Shown in pieces: positions 19,168 through 29,136 of a stretch of DNA of 43,584 bases. The DNA is from Thermoprotei archaeon. Its GTDB lineage: Archaea; Thermoproteota; Thermoprotei; Thermoproteales; B15-G16. The notes beneath the pieces were generated by a model. The model was not told the origin of the DNA, ran no database searches, and saw only the letters and a list, made by a program, of their open reading frames with translations. The position numbers and the translations under genes are program-made. Within the stretch, counting starts at the first letter, position 1. Each line of letters begins with the position of its first letter. Location: positions 1 through 43,584 of the forward strand of contig QMRC01000015.1 in NCBI GenBank assembly GCA_003649205.1, in the 5' to 3' direction.

Positions 19168-21171
19168 TCAACACCTCACACACTCAACGATGCTTGAATT
19201 ACCAGGGAGAAGCTGCATAACCCTATCTACAATAACTCTCCTGTACACCTTCCTAACAACATCATCTACACTACTCATCAAGAAATTAGCAACCTCCTTA
19301 GCAACCCTAGACCTCTCACCACTACCAGGCTCAACAATAACACAGCACACACCCCACCTCCTCATAGCTGATGGCGGTGCAGAAGTGAGCTTCACAGAAT
19401 CACCATACTTAACGAAACCTATAGCTAGCCTAAGCTCTACATTCCTAACGTAATTCCTCTTACCATACACCATAAATGAACCACGAGGAAGGTACTCACC
19501 AGGAGGAGCAGACTTACTAACCTGCTCACCCCAAACCCAAAACACATCAACAACTCTATACCCCATAGACCAAGCTCTAGAGTACGAAGCAGCAAACTGA
19601 GCAGCCTCAGCAATAGTCGAGTCAGGTACAGAACCACCACCACACTTAACAACAACAACTGAACCACCATGAATATCAGCGTGAAAGAATAGATCACGAT
19701 CACTCAAGTACTTCCTAACCAAGACCTCATTCTGAGCAGCATCCTTACCACCGAGCACTAATAGACCATCACTAGATACAAACCACCTAAACCTCTCAAA
19801 CCACTCCTCCCTAACCTCAGGAACGTACTCAACACTAGACCTAACAAACTCCCTAACCTCACCCAACCTAGAACGCAACTCCTCAAGCCTCCTCTCTAAC
19901 TCCCTCAACCTAACTAAAGCAGACTCCCACTTCCTACGAAACTCCCTAGCCTTCTCAAAGTACCTAGAGACAACAGAAGCAGGAGACTCCTTAATAGGTA
20001 CCTCAACCTCACCAACCTCAGGATAGAACACAACAACACAACGTCTCTCAGGAACAAACCTCCTAACACTAACATACACACCTAACTTCGACAACTCATA
20101 CTCAACATCCTCCAACCTAACACAAAAACCAAGTCTCTTAACAACATCCTGAACAGCATACAGCTCATGAAGTCTACTAGAGAGAAACTCCGCAACCCTC
20201 CTATAACGCTCCTCCTTACTACGATACTCCTCAATATCCTCCCTAACCCTCTCAATAACCTCAGAGAGGTCACTAAGTTCCTCACGAATAGCCTCACAAC
20301 TCTCCTCCTCACGAACCTCGAGAGCGAGCTTAGTGAAGTACTCATCAACAGCATCACAGAAGCTATCGTAGACCTTAGCTACGAAACCACTCTCATCGAG
20401 ATGCCTCAACTCAATAGGAACAACAGTAATCCAGGAACCACCTCGATCACAGTAGATACGAGGAGATAGAGAACCCTCACGAACCCTCTTTACTAACTCA
20501 ACCAAGTTACTGTAGATGCAGGAGAGATCACCACGAGAAATAGAATCAACAGTAGAACTCTTATCAATACCACTTAGGTAAACAACCTCCTCAGCAACTT
20601 CACCAGGAACACCAAAACCCCTAACCAGAGCCCTAACAATATCGAGATCAGAGAACCTACTCAAACCAGCTACGAACTCATCTTCATTGAGAGAGAGTAA
20701 ATTACAGGTAAGTGGTGGTGGAACATACTTAAGACCCCTCTTAACAGCTCTATCCCTATACTCAACCTCACGTAGACAAAACTCAACAACACCATCAGAC
20801 CCAACACAGATCACGTTAAACCTCTGAGCAAGCTCAACAACTAGAGAGAGACCAGATCTAAACCTAAGAACACAAATCCTATCGAAATCAATCTGCTCAA
20901 CACCATCGAGAACCGAGTTCCTCAACCTACTACGTAAAAACCTACAGAAGGTAGGTATGACTGTAGGCCACTGAGAAGGAATGTATTTAGTGAACGAAAT
21001 CCTACGAGAATCAAAGCAGAGAAACCTCGAACCACACTCACCCCTAAACCTAAGGTAAAACACATCACCGACCTGATAAACATTGACAAGACGCCAAGAA
21101 ACAACACTACCTAGCTCCCTAACAAGAGCAGCAACATCGAAATTAGTAACACAAACCTTCCTCCTAACCAT
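19168..21171 (-). CDS. rqcH: Ribosome quality-control factor RqcH/NEMF (NFACT)
   Basis: Q.DFDRI, WFERFRWFVSSDG.LVLGGKDA.QNE.LV, FHADIHG, SYSRAW, QVSK.APPGEYL.RGSF. Confidence 0.9.
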   Translation of the reverse strand: MVRRKVCVTNFDVAALVRELGSVVSWRLVNVYQVGDVFYLRFRGECGSRFLCFDSRRISFTKYIPSQWPTVIPTFCRFLRSRLRNSVLDGVEQIDFDRICVLRFRSGLSLVVELAQRFNVICVGSDGVVEFCLREVEYRDRAVKRGLKYVPPPLTCNLLSLNEDEFVAGLSRFSDLDIVRALVRGFGVPGEVAEEVVYLSGIDKSSTVDSISRGDLSCIYSNLVELVKRVREGSLSPRIYCDRGGSWITVVPIELRHLDESGFVAKVYDSFCDAVDEYFTKLALEVREEESCEAIREELSDLSEVIERVREDIEEYRSKEERYRRVAEFLSSRLHELYAVQDVVKRLGFCVRLEDVEYELSKLGVYVSVRRFVPERRCVVVFYPEVGEVEVPIKESPASVVSRYFEKAREFRRKWESALVRLRELERRLEELRSRLGEVREFVRSSVEYVPEVREEWFERFRWFVSSDGLLVLGGKDAAQNEVLVRKYLSDRDLFFHADIHGGSVVVVKCGGGSVPDSTIAEAAQFAASYSRAWSMGYRVVDVFWVWGEQVSKSAPPGEYLPRGSFMVYGKRNYVRNVELRLAIGFVKYGDSVKLTSAPPSAMRRWGVCCVIVEPGSGERSRVAKEVANFLMSSVDDVVRKVYRRVIVDRVMQLLPGNSSIVECVRC

Positions 21172-21291
21172 AGTCACACAACTGAAGCAAACAAAGTATT
21201 TAACCCCTACTCGAACAGGTAACAACCTCAAAATAGAGAGCACAGCACACTCCCAAGATCATAAAGAGCGTAGAGGTAGATAGTAAGTGTA

Positions 21292-21325
21292 GGGAAGGGA
21301 AGGAAAAAGAAGGAGTTAAAAAGTT
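21292..21325 (-). terminator. Pyrimidine/oligo-T terminator of the S-layer-like gene
   Basis: Minus strand TTTTAACTCCTTCTTTTTCCTTCCCTTCCC begins about 20 nt after the stop codon. Confidence 0.5.
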
Positions 21326-21345
21326 TTGAGTAAACTAGTGAGGAT

Positions 21346-24300
21346 TTACCTAGCTGGTGCTCCTGGTGCTAGTAGCCTAGCTAGTCTCTTTCTCCTCCAA
21401 ACACTGTACTCGTATAGCAGTATCACTACTACGATGATACCAATGATCACACCGATGATTATCGTCATTAGCTGCGTGTAGCTGAGTACTACACCGAAGA
21501 TCTCTGCGTAGACACCTGGTAGCACGATCTCTGAGTACACTGTCTTACCTACCTCAACGCTCTTGGTATCAGAACCTCTGAACTCTCTGTAAGCTGCTTC
21601 GATTGTGTACGTTCCTGGTGGCAGTACGAACTCAGCCTTACCACCCTCAGCAACCTTTGTCTCAACAATCATCCCACCGATCTTCACTGTTACCGTTGCA
21701 CCAGGTAGTAGCTGTCCTCTCTCACCCTTAACCGCGACCACTAGCTTACCAGCAACGCTCACTGGTATGGCTGGTGTAGTGATTAGCTCCTCAACACTTG
21801 TCTCAACAGCCTTACCGATCTTAATACCCTTCCACTCCTTAATCGTTACCCTCACCTTACCAGCTGGCACATCTCTTAGGTACAGCTTACCCTCAGAGTT
21901 CAGTGATCTATCTGTTAGCTTGATACCTGGTGCCTCAACATCTACTACTGCACCAGCTAGTGGTACACCGAATGTCTTCTCCACTAGTGCTAGCACTACG
22001 TCGAAGACGTTGCACTCGACAACTGCCTCTATTGTTGGCTTCTCCTTACCTGCACCACCGTGTACAACTACCTTGTGCTCCTTAGCAACCTCAACACCCT
22101 TGTACTTCACGGTTATCTTGTACTCACCTGGTGGTACCTGTGACATTCCTTCTGGTGTTATCTCTGGTATGCGTACCAGTACCTTACCCTCCTTATCGGC
22201 TGTGAACGCCGTTGTTGAACCATCTGGCCACTTGATCTCTACCTCAGCACCTGGTAGTGGTCTACCGTGCTTACCAATTACCGTCACTACTAGGCTATAG
22301 ACGTCAACTCTTACCTTGTAGTAGGTGTGAGCTGTTGCGTTGATCAATCCAGCTGTTACTGCTTCTGGTGGTGTCAGTATCGTAACAGCGATAGCTATTG
22401 GCTTTGGTGGTACTGTCTTGACCTTCCAGTACGACTCAATCTCGTACCTCTCACCGCTCATTCCATAGATGTCTAGATCGTCATCCTTCTTCGTTAGTGT
22501 GACACCTGGTGCTACCAGTAGTGTTGCTGTACCCATGTCATCTGTGAAGTTGATGTATCTGTAGACCGGCTTCTCAGCACCAACTGGTGTAACCGCTACG
22601 ATCATGCCCTTGACCGGTCTGTCGTTCCAGTCTAGTAGTGTTACTCTGACCTTACCAGCTATTGCCAGTGCCTTCATGTCCTTTAGTGTGTACTTCTCGG
22701 TTATCCATGGATACTCAGCTGCCAACTCCTTGTTATGCCATACCGTTACGTTCTGTACATACCATGTCTCTGGTGGTGCTACTGGTAGTGCCGCTGTGAA
22801 CTTACCGACAACAGCCTTGGCCTCATCTGGTACTATGATTGACGAGATGATTCTGTACCTCAGTACTGTACCATCTGTGAACGTTACGTTGAAGAATATT
22901 GGTGCCTCGCTGCTAGCGGTTACTGTTGTTGCCTCACCTACACCTAGTCTTGTACCTGCAATACCTAGTGCAGGTGCTAGATCTGCAATTGCCTCAACAA
23001 CCTCTCCATCCTTGTACTTCACTGCCTCTAGCTTGGCGATCTCAAGCTTCCTAGCTAGTGTCTTCTCGATCTCATCACCGACGTTCTTAATCGTTATCTT
23101 CTCAATTGCTCTAACTGGTACTACTAGCTCATACGTGTCTGTGACTACAGTGATGTTGCGATATGCCTTAGCTACACCAAGTACCTCCTCCGAGAACTCC
23201 TCTAGTGCACTGCTCTTACATGCCTCTGGTGGCCAAATCAACTCGAAGATCTTCTTCTCTGGATCTACCGTGTACAGTATGTTCAGTAGCTCTGTCTCAC
23301 TTAATAGACCTGGTGTGTCCTCTGTACCGTAGATCTCGTACTCTCTTAGATCAGTACCACACTTAATCACACCACCAATAATCGGTATCTTCTTGCACCA
23401 TATTGGTACGTCAATGGCTAGTACACCATCTGCATCTGTTGTACCCTCTGCTACTGCAGTTACGTTGACGTTATCGATTACGATTCTTGGTGTCACTACT
23501 CTAATCTTGTCACCGTCTGCATACCAGCACTTCAATGGCTTCGTCAGTGCATCGAATACATCAGCCTCAGTTACGTCTAACTTGTCCCAGAACGTTATTG
23601 TACCTGTGAATGCTGGTGATAGTACTCTCGCCATGTTTACCTTCACCTTGACCTTTGGTATCGCGTACCCACCTAGCATTGACGTTACCTTGATCAGTAC
23701 CCTCGTTACGTTTGCCTTAATTGGTATTACTGGTAGGCCGTTGTACGTAGCTAGTGCCTTATCTGGTGTCTCTGGTAGCGTTATCGTACCGTTGAATACG
23801 ACTACGCCACCATAGTACACGATTACTGGGTACTTACAACCGCCGATGAATAGGTGTCTGTGTCCAATACCTGTGATGTTCATGCCCTGTCCGCTCTTGA
23901 TCACGAAGATTGCCTTACCGTCCTCTGTTGAACCTGTTAGTATCTTGTACAGTATTGTCCAGTGTAGTCTACACTTCTCTGCAATCTCTAGGTACGTTAC
24001 GTCACCTGTCCTCAGGTACTCTGTTAGGTTACCCTTCCACCAGTCTCTGAACTTCTCAACAAGCTCCTTGAGTCTTGGTGATGTCTTGAGGTATGTTGCG
24101 TTGAACAGCATGAAGTCAGCAGTTATCGTCTCACCTGCGTAGGTGTAGACGTACTTCGTCTCGTTGAATACTAGCGTTACGTTCCAGTACTTGATACCCT
24201 CATCTGTGAATACCTTTGTTGTGTTGAGTACGTAGTCAGGTGATATCTCTGGTGCATAGCCCTTGAGCACGAATATCACGAAGTCGTAGATCTTCTCCGC

Positions 24301-26685
24301 TACGTATGGATCTGGTACGTACTTACCCTCACCAGCTGGTACCTTGAGTAGCTTTGGCTCCTTGAATACTAGGATGTTTGCATCTGGGTTCTTACCTGTT
24401 CTCCAGTCGTATCTCGTGTATGGTGTTGTTAGGTTGGTGTATGCAGCTACTGTTATGTTGTACTCGCCTCTTACGAAGAACTTCGACTCGGTTACTGGTA
24501 CGAAGTAGAATGTTACTTCACCTGCCTTGGTTGTTGCATTCCATGACTCTGTGTAGACCTTCTCATTAGCTGTTACGTTGTAGTAGTACAGTGTTACGTT
24601 TAGACCCCAGATACCTGCTGTTGTACCGTACTTAACTATCTTCAGCGTTACGTGTCTAATTGGGAAGATCAGGTCGATTGGTGGTATTGTCCATGGCTTC
24701 TCTAGCCATGTCTTATTGGCCTCTGCCATAGCTTCCTTAATTGGCTCAATAACACCTTCCTTCTCTAGCTTCTCCTTATCTACTGGCCAGAGTGCAAAGC
24801 CCTTGTATATGATGTAGAACCTCAGTGGTATCTTTGCGTACTCCTCACCAATGTATGGTAGTACTAGCTCTACCTCACCAACACCTGTCTCTGGGTCCCA
24901 GTACGTTACGTATCCAATTGGTCTCCACTCACCATCTAGCTTAGCCTCTACAACTATTAGTGAACCAGGTACGTACTCTAGTGGTACGTAGTCACCACCT
25001 TCCTTCATTAGCGATAGTGCACGTATTGTTAACTTGGCAATACCTACCTTTAATGTCACTGGCTTCTCGACCGTCTCGTTGAATGGTACTACGAACTCTG
25101 TCCAATCTGTTGCTACGTACCTTGGCTCTGCTCTGTACCAGATTCTGACCCAGTACCTGGAGTATGGTAGTATACCGTATGGTACACCCTCCTTCCAGTA
25201 AATTGAGAACCTTGTCGTTGTTTCAGGTGTCGCCACTATTGAGAGCCATGGTGGTAGTGCTACATATCCAGCTTGCTCACCACCTAGGTACGCTGGTGCC
25301 TTAAATGTTGGACCGAAGTAGCTCTTGATCTCTGCTACGAATGGTGTTGTTACTGGTGCTCCAGACATGTCTAGTACACGTATTGCAACTGCACCAACTA
25401 GTGCTGTTACATTTACGTGTAGCTCACTATTGATTAGCTTTAGCCCATATGTTAGGTGTATCTTCTTCTCTCTGACTAGTGGATCTGGTACATAGACATC
25501 GTACTTGACCTCTCCTACATTTACTACCTCTCTCCAGCTCTTAACTGTTAGGTTGAGTGGGGCTCTGTAGACTGTACCGAATACGAATCTCGTCTCATCT
25601 AGCTGCTCTCTAATGACTAGTGTGTAGTTCTTGTCTGTTGGTATTGGTACCTTCCTGAACTCAGCAATACCCGTTGATGTGTGTGTTGAGTTAATTACCT
25701 TACCTTCGTACTGTAGTGCTACCTCTAGGTCTAGTGCACCTGTTATGAAGAGACTTACTGATGATCCATTCGAATAAGTCAAGTTACCTCTTAGGTTCTC
25801 TGGTAGGTACACCTTAATCACTAGCTTTGGTATAACATATGCGTATACTGTTGTATTAATTTTATCTGTTGGTGCTGGGTAGTGCCCTATCCATGACTCG
25901 TTGTAGACTGGTACACCTGCGTGGTACACTGTTAGTACGTACTCCTTAGCTAGTGCTATCTCTGCCTTGTACTTGTCCTCTGTTACTTCGAAGGACTTTA
26001 CGTAGATTCTACTGTAGTTGAAGTACTTGTGGGTATATCCATCATCTGTTGTTACGTCTTCGAATACTACTGTCTTGTTTAGTCTTATCTTGACTGGTAC
26101 ACCAGCTACTGGTTCTGGTGTTACGCCTGACACATCAGCAGGTGGACACATTACGCATATACCAAGTGCTGTTATGTCCTTTAGTGGTAGTTCTGTTGTG
26201 TTGAGGTGTTCAAATAGTTCTGGCCAGGTTACGTGAGTTAGTGTCTCGTTGAGTCCTCTAAATACTAGTACTGTTCCGTCTGGTGCCTTGAATCTCCATA
26301 GGATTGTTATGATGTAGTCTGCGTAGGTTGGTGGTATTAATCTTTCCTTAATCTTTGCGTACTTTTCTAAGTCTGCTAGTGATATCTCGTATGTGTACTC
26401 GATCCAACCTGTCTCATTTGTCTTAATCCAACCTGTATCAATTACTAGTTTCTTACCTGTTGCGTTGAAGACTACTAATCTAACTTCCTGATTGCTGAAT
26501 GCTGCTGCATCTATTGGGTATGTTGCTGCTGTTACGTTTGGTAGGTATAGTCTTGTGTAGAATTTCAGTGTTGCTACTCCTGGTGGTGTGGGGTAGTACT
26601 GGTTTTCTGCTAGGACTATTGCTGATATTGATATTAGAGCTAGGACTAATGTTATTGCGAGTATTTTACTTATGGTCCTACTCAT
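21346..26685 (-). CDS. Large cell-surface/S-layer-like glycoprotein with repeated beta-sandwich (carboxypeptidase-regulatory-like) domains
   Basis: Signal peptide; many N-x-S/T sequons; repeated G.PL.GA.V.V / T..DG / PPG.Y.I.V motifs; C-terminal TM plus RRKR tail; strongly biased codon use. Confidence 0.85.
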   Translation of the reverse strand: MSRTISKILAITLVLALISISAIVLAENQYYPTPPGVATLKFYTRLYLPNVTAATYPIDAAAFSNQEVRLVVFNATGKKLVIDTGWIKTNETGWIEYTYEISLADLEKYAKIKERLIPPTYADYIITILWRFKAPDGTVLVFRGLNETLTHVTWPELFEHLNTTELPLKDITALGICVMCPPADVSGVTPEPVAGVPVKIRLNKTVVFEDVTTDDGYTHKYFNYSRIYVKSFEVTEDKYKAEIALAKEYVLTVYHAGVPVYNESWIGHYPAPTDKINTTVYAYVIPKLVIKVYLPENLRGNLTYSNGSSVSLFITGALDLEVALQYEGKVINSTHTSTGIAEFRKVPIPTDKNYTLVIREQLDETRFVFGTVYRAPLNLTVKSWREVVNVGEVKYDVYVPDPLVREKKIHLTYGLKLINSELHVNVTALVGAVAIRVLDMSGAPVTTPFVAEIKSYFGPTFKAPAYLGGEQAGYVALPPWLSIVATPETTTRFSIYWKEGVPYGILPYSRYWVRIWYRAEPRYVATDWTEFVVPFNETVEKPVTLKVGIAKLTIRALSLMKEGGDYVPLEYVPGSLIVVEAKLDGEWRPIGYVTYWDPETGVGEVELVLPYIGEEYAKIPLRFYIIYKGFALWPVDKEKLEKEGVIEPIKEAMAEANKTWLEKPWTIPPIDLIFPIRHVTLKIVKYGTTAGIWGLNVTLYYYNVTANEKVYTESWNATTKAGEVTFYFVPVTESKFFVRGEYNITVAAYTNLTTPYTRYDWRTGKNPDANILVFKEPKLLKVPAGEGKYVPDPYVAEKIYDFVIFVLKGYAPEISPDYVLNTTKVFTDEGIKYWNVTLVFNETKYVYTYAGETITADFMLFNATYLKTSPRLKELVEKFRDWWKGNLTEYLRTGDVTYLEIAEKCRLHWTILYKILTGSTEDGKAIFVIKSGQGMNITGIGHRHLFIGGCKYPVIVYYGGVVVFNGTITLPETPDKALATYNGLPVIPIKANVTRVLIKVTSMLGGYAIPKVKVKVNMARVLSPAFTGTITFWDKLDVTEADVFDALTKPLKCWYADGDKIRVVTPRIVIDNVNVTAVAEGTTDADGVLAIDVPIWCKKIPIIGGVIKCGTDLREYEIYGTEDTPGLLSETELLNILYTVDPEKKIFELIWPPEACKSSALEEFSEEVLGVAKAYRNITVVTDTYELVVPVRAIEKITIKNVGDEIEKTLARKLEIAKLEAVKYKDGEVVEAIADLAPALGIAGTRLGVGEATTVTASSEAPIFFNVTFTDGTVLRYRIISSIIVPDEAKAVVGKFTAALPVAPPETWYVQNVTVWHNKELAAEYPWITEKYTLKDMKALAIAGKVRVTLLDWNDRPVKGMIVAVTPVGAEKPVYRYINFTDDMGTATLLVAPGVTLTKKDDDLDIYGMSGERYEIESYWKVKTVPPKPIAIAVTILTPPEAVTAGLINATAHTYYKVRVDVYSLVVTVIGKHGRPLPGAEVEIKWPDGSTTAFTADKEGKVLVRIPEITPEGMSQVPPGEYKITVKYKGVEVAKEHKVVVHGGAGKEKPTIEAVVECNVFDVVLALVEKTFGVPLAGAVVDVEAPGIKLTDRSLNSEGKLYLRDVPAGKVRVTIKEWKGIKIGKAVETSVEELITTPAIPVSVAGKLVVAVKGERGQLLPGATVTVKIGGMIVETKVAEGGKAEFVLPPGTYTIEAAYREFRGSDTKSVEVGKTVYSEIVLPGVYAEIFGVVLSYTQLMTIIIGVIIGIIVVVILLYEYSVWRRKRLARLLAPGAPAR

Positions 26686-26848
26686 ACGGACTTCACCCTA
26701 TGAGCTAGATGTCGGTACTGCTCTTTCCTAAGTGTTTTAAATTAGTTTCTTTGGTCTAATTTCTCGACTTGATGTTGGTTTCATGGTCTAATTTTTCGTT
26801 TGGTTGTTCTAAGTCGTTAGGTTTAATTCTCGGTATTGTCTTGGTTGT

Positions 26849-27496
26849 TTGGGTATGTTCAGGGTCTTGGTTACTGATGTTGATGGTGTTTTGACCTGTA
26901 TTAATATCTGGGATTTTCTACATAGGTGTTTCGGTACTAAGGAGAGGGCTAGAGTTCATGAGTTGTGGTATAGGTCTGGTGTGATTGACTATGTTGCTTG
27001 GGCTAAGTTGGATGCTCTCTTGTGGAGAGGTAGGTCTTGGGGTGAGGTTTTGGAGTGTGTTTCCAAGGTTCCTGTTAGGTCTGGTGCTTGTGAGTTGATT
27101 GAGTTTGCTAGGTCTAGGGGTTTGAGGGTTATTGGTGTTTCTGCTGGTCTCGATGTTGTTTACCATGCTCTTGCTCGTGCTGGTGCTGCTCCAGATATCT
27201 TGGTTGCTAATAGGTTGAGGGTTTGTGGTGGGGTTGTTACCGGTGATGTTCTTGTGCTGGTTACTGATAGGAATAAGGGTGTGGTTATGGAGGAGGTTCT
27301 CAAGATGCTTGGTTACTCGTGTAGTGAGGCTATTGTGATTGGTGAAGGTGTCATTGATGTCCCTATGTTGGAGAGAGGTGGTGTTTCTATTGCGTTTAAT
27401 CCTGAGGGTCCTGAGGTTGAGGAGGTTGCTGATTACGTGGTTCGTGGTGATGATTTGAGGGGGGTTCTAGATGTGTTGAAGAAGGTTCTCAGCTAG
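26849..27496 (+). CDS. HAD-superfamily phosphoserine-phosphatase-like hydrolase
   Basis: DVDGVL motif I, VSAG motif II, NKG, GEGVID (degenerate motif IV), IAFNP; likely start ATG 26855. Confidence 0.82.
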   Translation: MGMFRVLVTDVDGVLTCINIWDFLHRCFGTKERARVHELWYRSGVIDYVAWAKLDALLWRGRSWGEVLECVSKVPVRSGACELIEFARSRGLRVIGVSAGLDVVYHALARAGAAPDILVANRLRVCGGVVTGDVLVLVTDRNKGVVMEEVLKMLGYSCSEAIVIGEGVIDVPMLERGGVSIAFNPEGPEVEEVADYVVRGDDLRGVLDVLKKVLS

Positions 27497-28008
27497 CTTG
27501 TCCTCGCTATGATTATGTAGTCCTTACTGTCGTCATCTATGACCTCTACCCTGTATCTGTGAACTAGTAACTTCGTCGCTACCTCTACTGCTAGGTTGCT
27601 GGTTGATTTCGGTACTGTTATTGCTATCTCTGCACCTTCTCTCACTAGGTTCAGTACCTCGTCTAGGTAGTTCATGAGCTCTATCGTCATTACTGTCACT
27701 GCTGTTAGTGTGTTGAAGGTCTTCTTCCTGATGGGTATCTTGGTCATTGTCGCCTGTAGTAGATCTACATTGCTGTGGTGTCTCAACTTTTGCTTCGCTA
27801 TCTCCAGCATGTTTCTCGATATGTCTAGACAGAGTACGTACTTAGCTACTGGTGCTGCTATGAGTGCTAGTGTTCCTGTTCCTGAACCTATGTCTATTAC
27901 TCTCCTCCCTCTTACCTTCACCTTCTCTAGTATGAGTAGGTACTTAGGTATTTGTTCTCTCAGGTAGAGTTTGTCGTATATCTTTGCTAGGTTGTTGTAG
28001 TAATTCAT
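27493..28008 (-). CDS. Class I SAM-dependent methyltransferase
   Basis: YNNLAKIYD, VIDIGSGTG, LDISRNML; the Thr/Ser-rich extension to 28236 is antisense to the next gene. Confidence 0.82.
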   Translation of the reverse strand: MNYYNNLAKIYDKLYLREQIPKYLLILEKVKVRGRRVIDIGSGTGTLALIAAPVAKYVLCLDISRNMLEIAKQKLRHHSNVDLLQATMTKIPIRKKTFNTLTAVTVMTIELMNYLDEVLNLVREGAEIAITVPKSTSNLAVEVATKLLVHRYRVEVIDDDSKDYIIIARTS

Positions 28009-28027
28009 TACTTTTATGAGGTAGTTT

Positions 28028-29089
28028 GTGAGGGGTGTTTGTGTGAGGGTTTTGCTTAGGGATTGTGATTTGGTTGTTGATGTTGTTAGGGGTGTGTTTT
28101 GGGAGGGTGTTGATGTTCTTGTTGAGGATGGTGTAGTTGTTGATGTTGGTTCTGGTTTGGGTATTAGTGCTGATGTTGTTTTGAGTTGTAGTGGTTGTGT
28201 TGTTGTTCCTGCTCTTGTCAATTCATTCTTTGTCATTGGCTCTCCTCCTCGTGGTGTTTCTCCTGAGGATTGGGTTAGGAGTAGGTTGAGGAGTCTTTGT
28301 CGTGAGGGTGTCTCCAGGGTGTTCTGTGTTTCTGAGTTTATTGAGGTTACTTACTTAGTTTCTCGTGATCTCGGTCTTGAGTGTACTGTCTTAGTTCCTG
28401 TTCCTGTTCATGACCCTGTCTCTCTTTGGTCTCGTATTCGTGGGTTGATTGAATTTAGGAGGAGAGGCATCGATGTTGGTCTGTACCTGAGTTGTGTTCC
28501 TGTTCGTCTTGATGTTGTTGATTTACTGTGTTTTGTTAGGGAGAAGTGGGGGTTCCCCATAGCTATCTCCTTCTACAATGAGGTTCGTGATGTTAGGGAT
28601 TCTGTGATTGATGTTGCTAGGCCTGTTATTCCTGGTTCTCTACTGATTGGTTGTTCCCTGTTGACTAGTGGTGAGTACTCTGTTGTTGCTAGGTTGGGTG
28701 GTGTTGTTGTTAAGGTTCCTGAGCTGTGTGGTAGGGTGTGCGGTTCTGTTGGTTCTTACGTATCGTTGATTCGTGGTTGTAGGGTTTGTCTTGGTTCTGG
28801 TTCTGTTGGTTCTCTCTCTTCCTGTATCTACGGTGTCTACGTTGCTAATGTTTGTGAGTTTGGTGTTTCTGATCCTAGGTATGTGCTCAGGTGTGCTGTT
28901 GGTGAGGGGCTTGGTTTTGGTGTTCTCGATGTTGATTGTAGGTGTGATCTAGCTGTTTTCGAGCTAGTGCATCCTCGCCACGTTGTCACCGATACGTGGG
29001 GTACTGTCTTGACTTCTATTGCTAGTAAATCTACTAGGTATGTAGTTACATCGCGTAGAGTCATTTACTCTCGTGGTTCTCGATTTTAG
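28028..29089 (+). CDS. Degenerate amidohydrolase-family protein (SsnA/MtaD-like), metal ligands apparently lost
   Basis: N-terminal DVLVEDG.VVDVG...VVVPALVNSF (normally PG.VN.HTH); C-terminal G.L....RCDL.V. Confidence 0.6.
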   Translation: MRGVCVRVLLRDCDLVVDVVRGVFWEGVDVLVEDGVVVDVGSGLGISADVVLSCSGCVVVPALVNSFFVIGSPPRGVSPEDWVRSRLRSLCREGVSRVFCVSEFIEVTYLVSRDLGLECTVLVPVPVHDPVSLWSRIRGLIEFRRRGIDVGLYLSCVPVRLDVVDLLCFVREKWGFPIAISFYNEVRDVRDSVIDVARPVIPGSLLIGCSLLTSGEYSVVARLGGVVVKVPELCGRVCGSVGSYVSLIRGCRVCLGSGSVGSLSSCIYGVYVANVCEFGVSDPRYVLRCAVGEGLGFGVLDVDCRCDLAVFELVHPRHVVTDTWGTVLTSIASKSTRYVVTSRRVIYSRGSRF

Positions 29090-29136
29090 GTAAAGTACTA
29101 ATACTTGTCTAATGTGCTTGCTCTAGGTGGTGTATC

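Noticed and set aside
21605-24569. Long plus-strand ORFs inside the S-layer gene (similar cases in XPD, ligase and RqcH)
   Set aside because: Ser/Thr-rich antisense shadows caused by codon bias.
26690-26850. Canonical Cdc6-type origin in the T-rich intergenic region
   Set aside because: No ORB/mini-ORB repeats or initiator gene seen; only a short TGGTCTAATTT duplication, consistent with a divergent promoter region.
28009-28236. Thr/Ser/Pro-rich N-terminal extension of the methyltransferase
   Set aside because: Antisense reading of the GT-rich amidohydrolase gene; the domain starts at ATG 28008.
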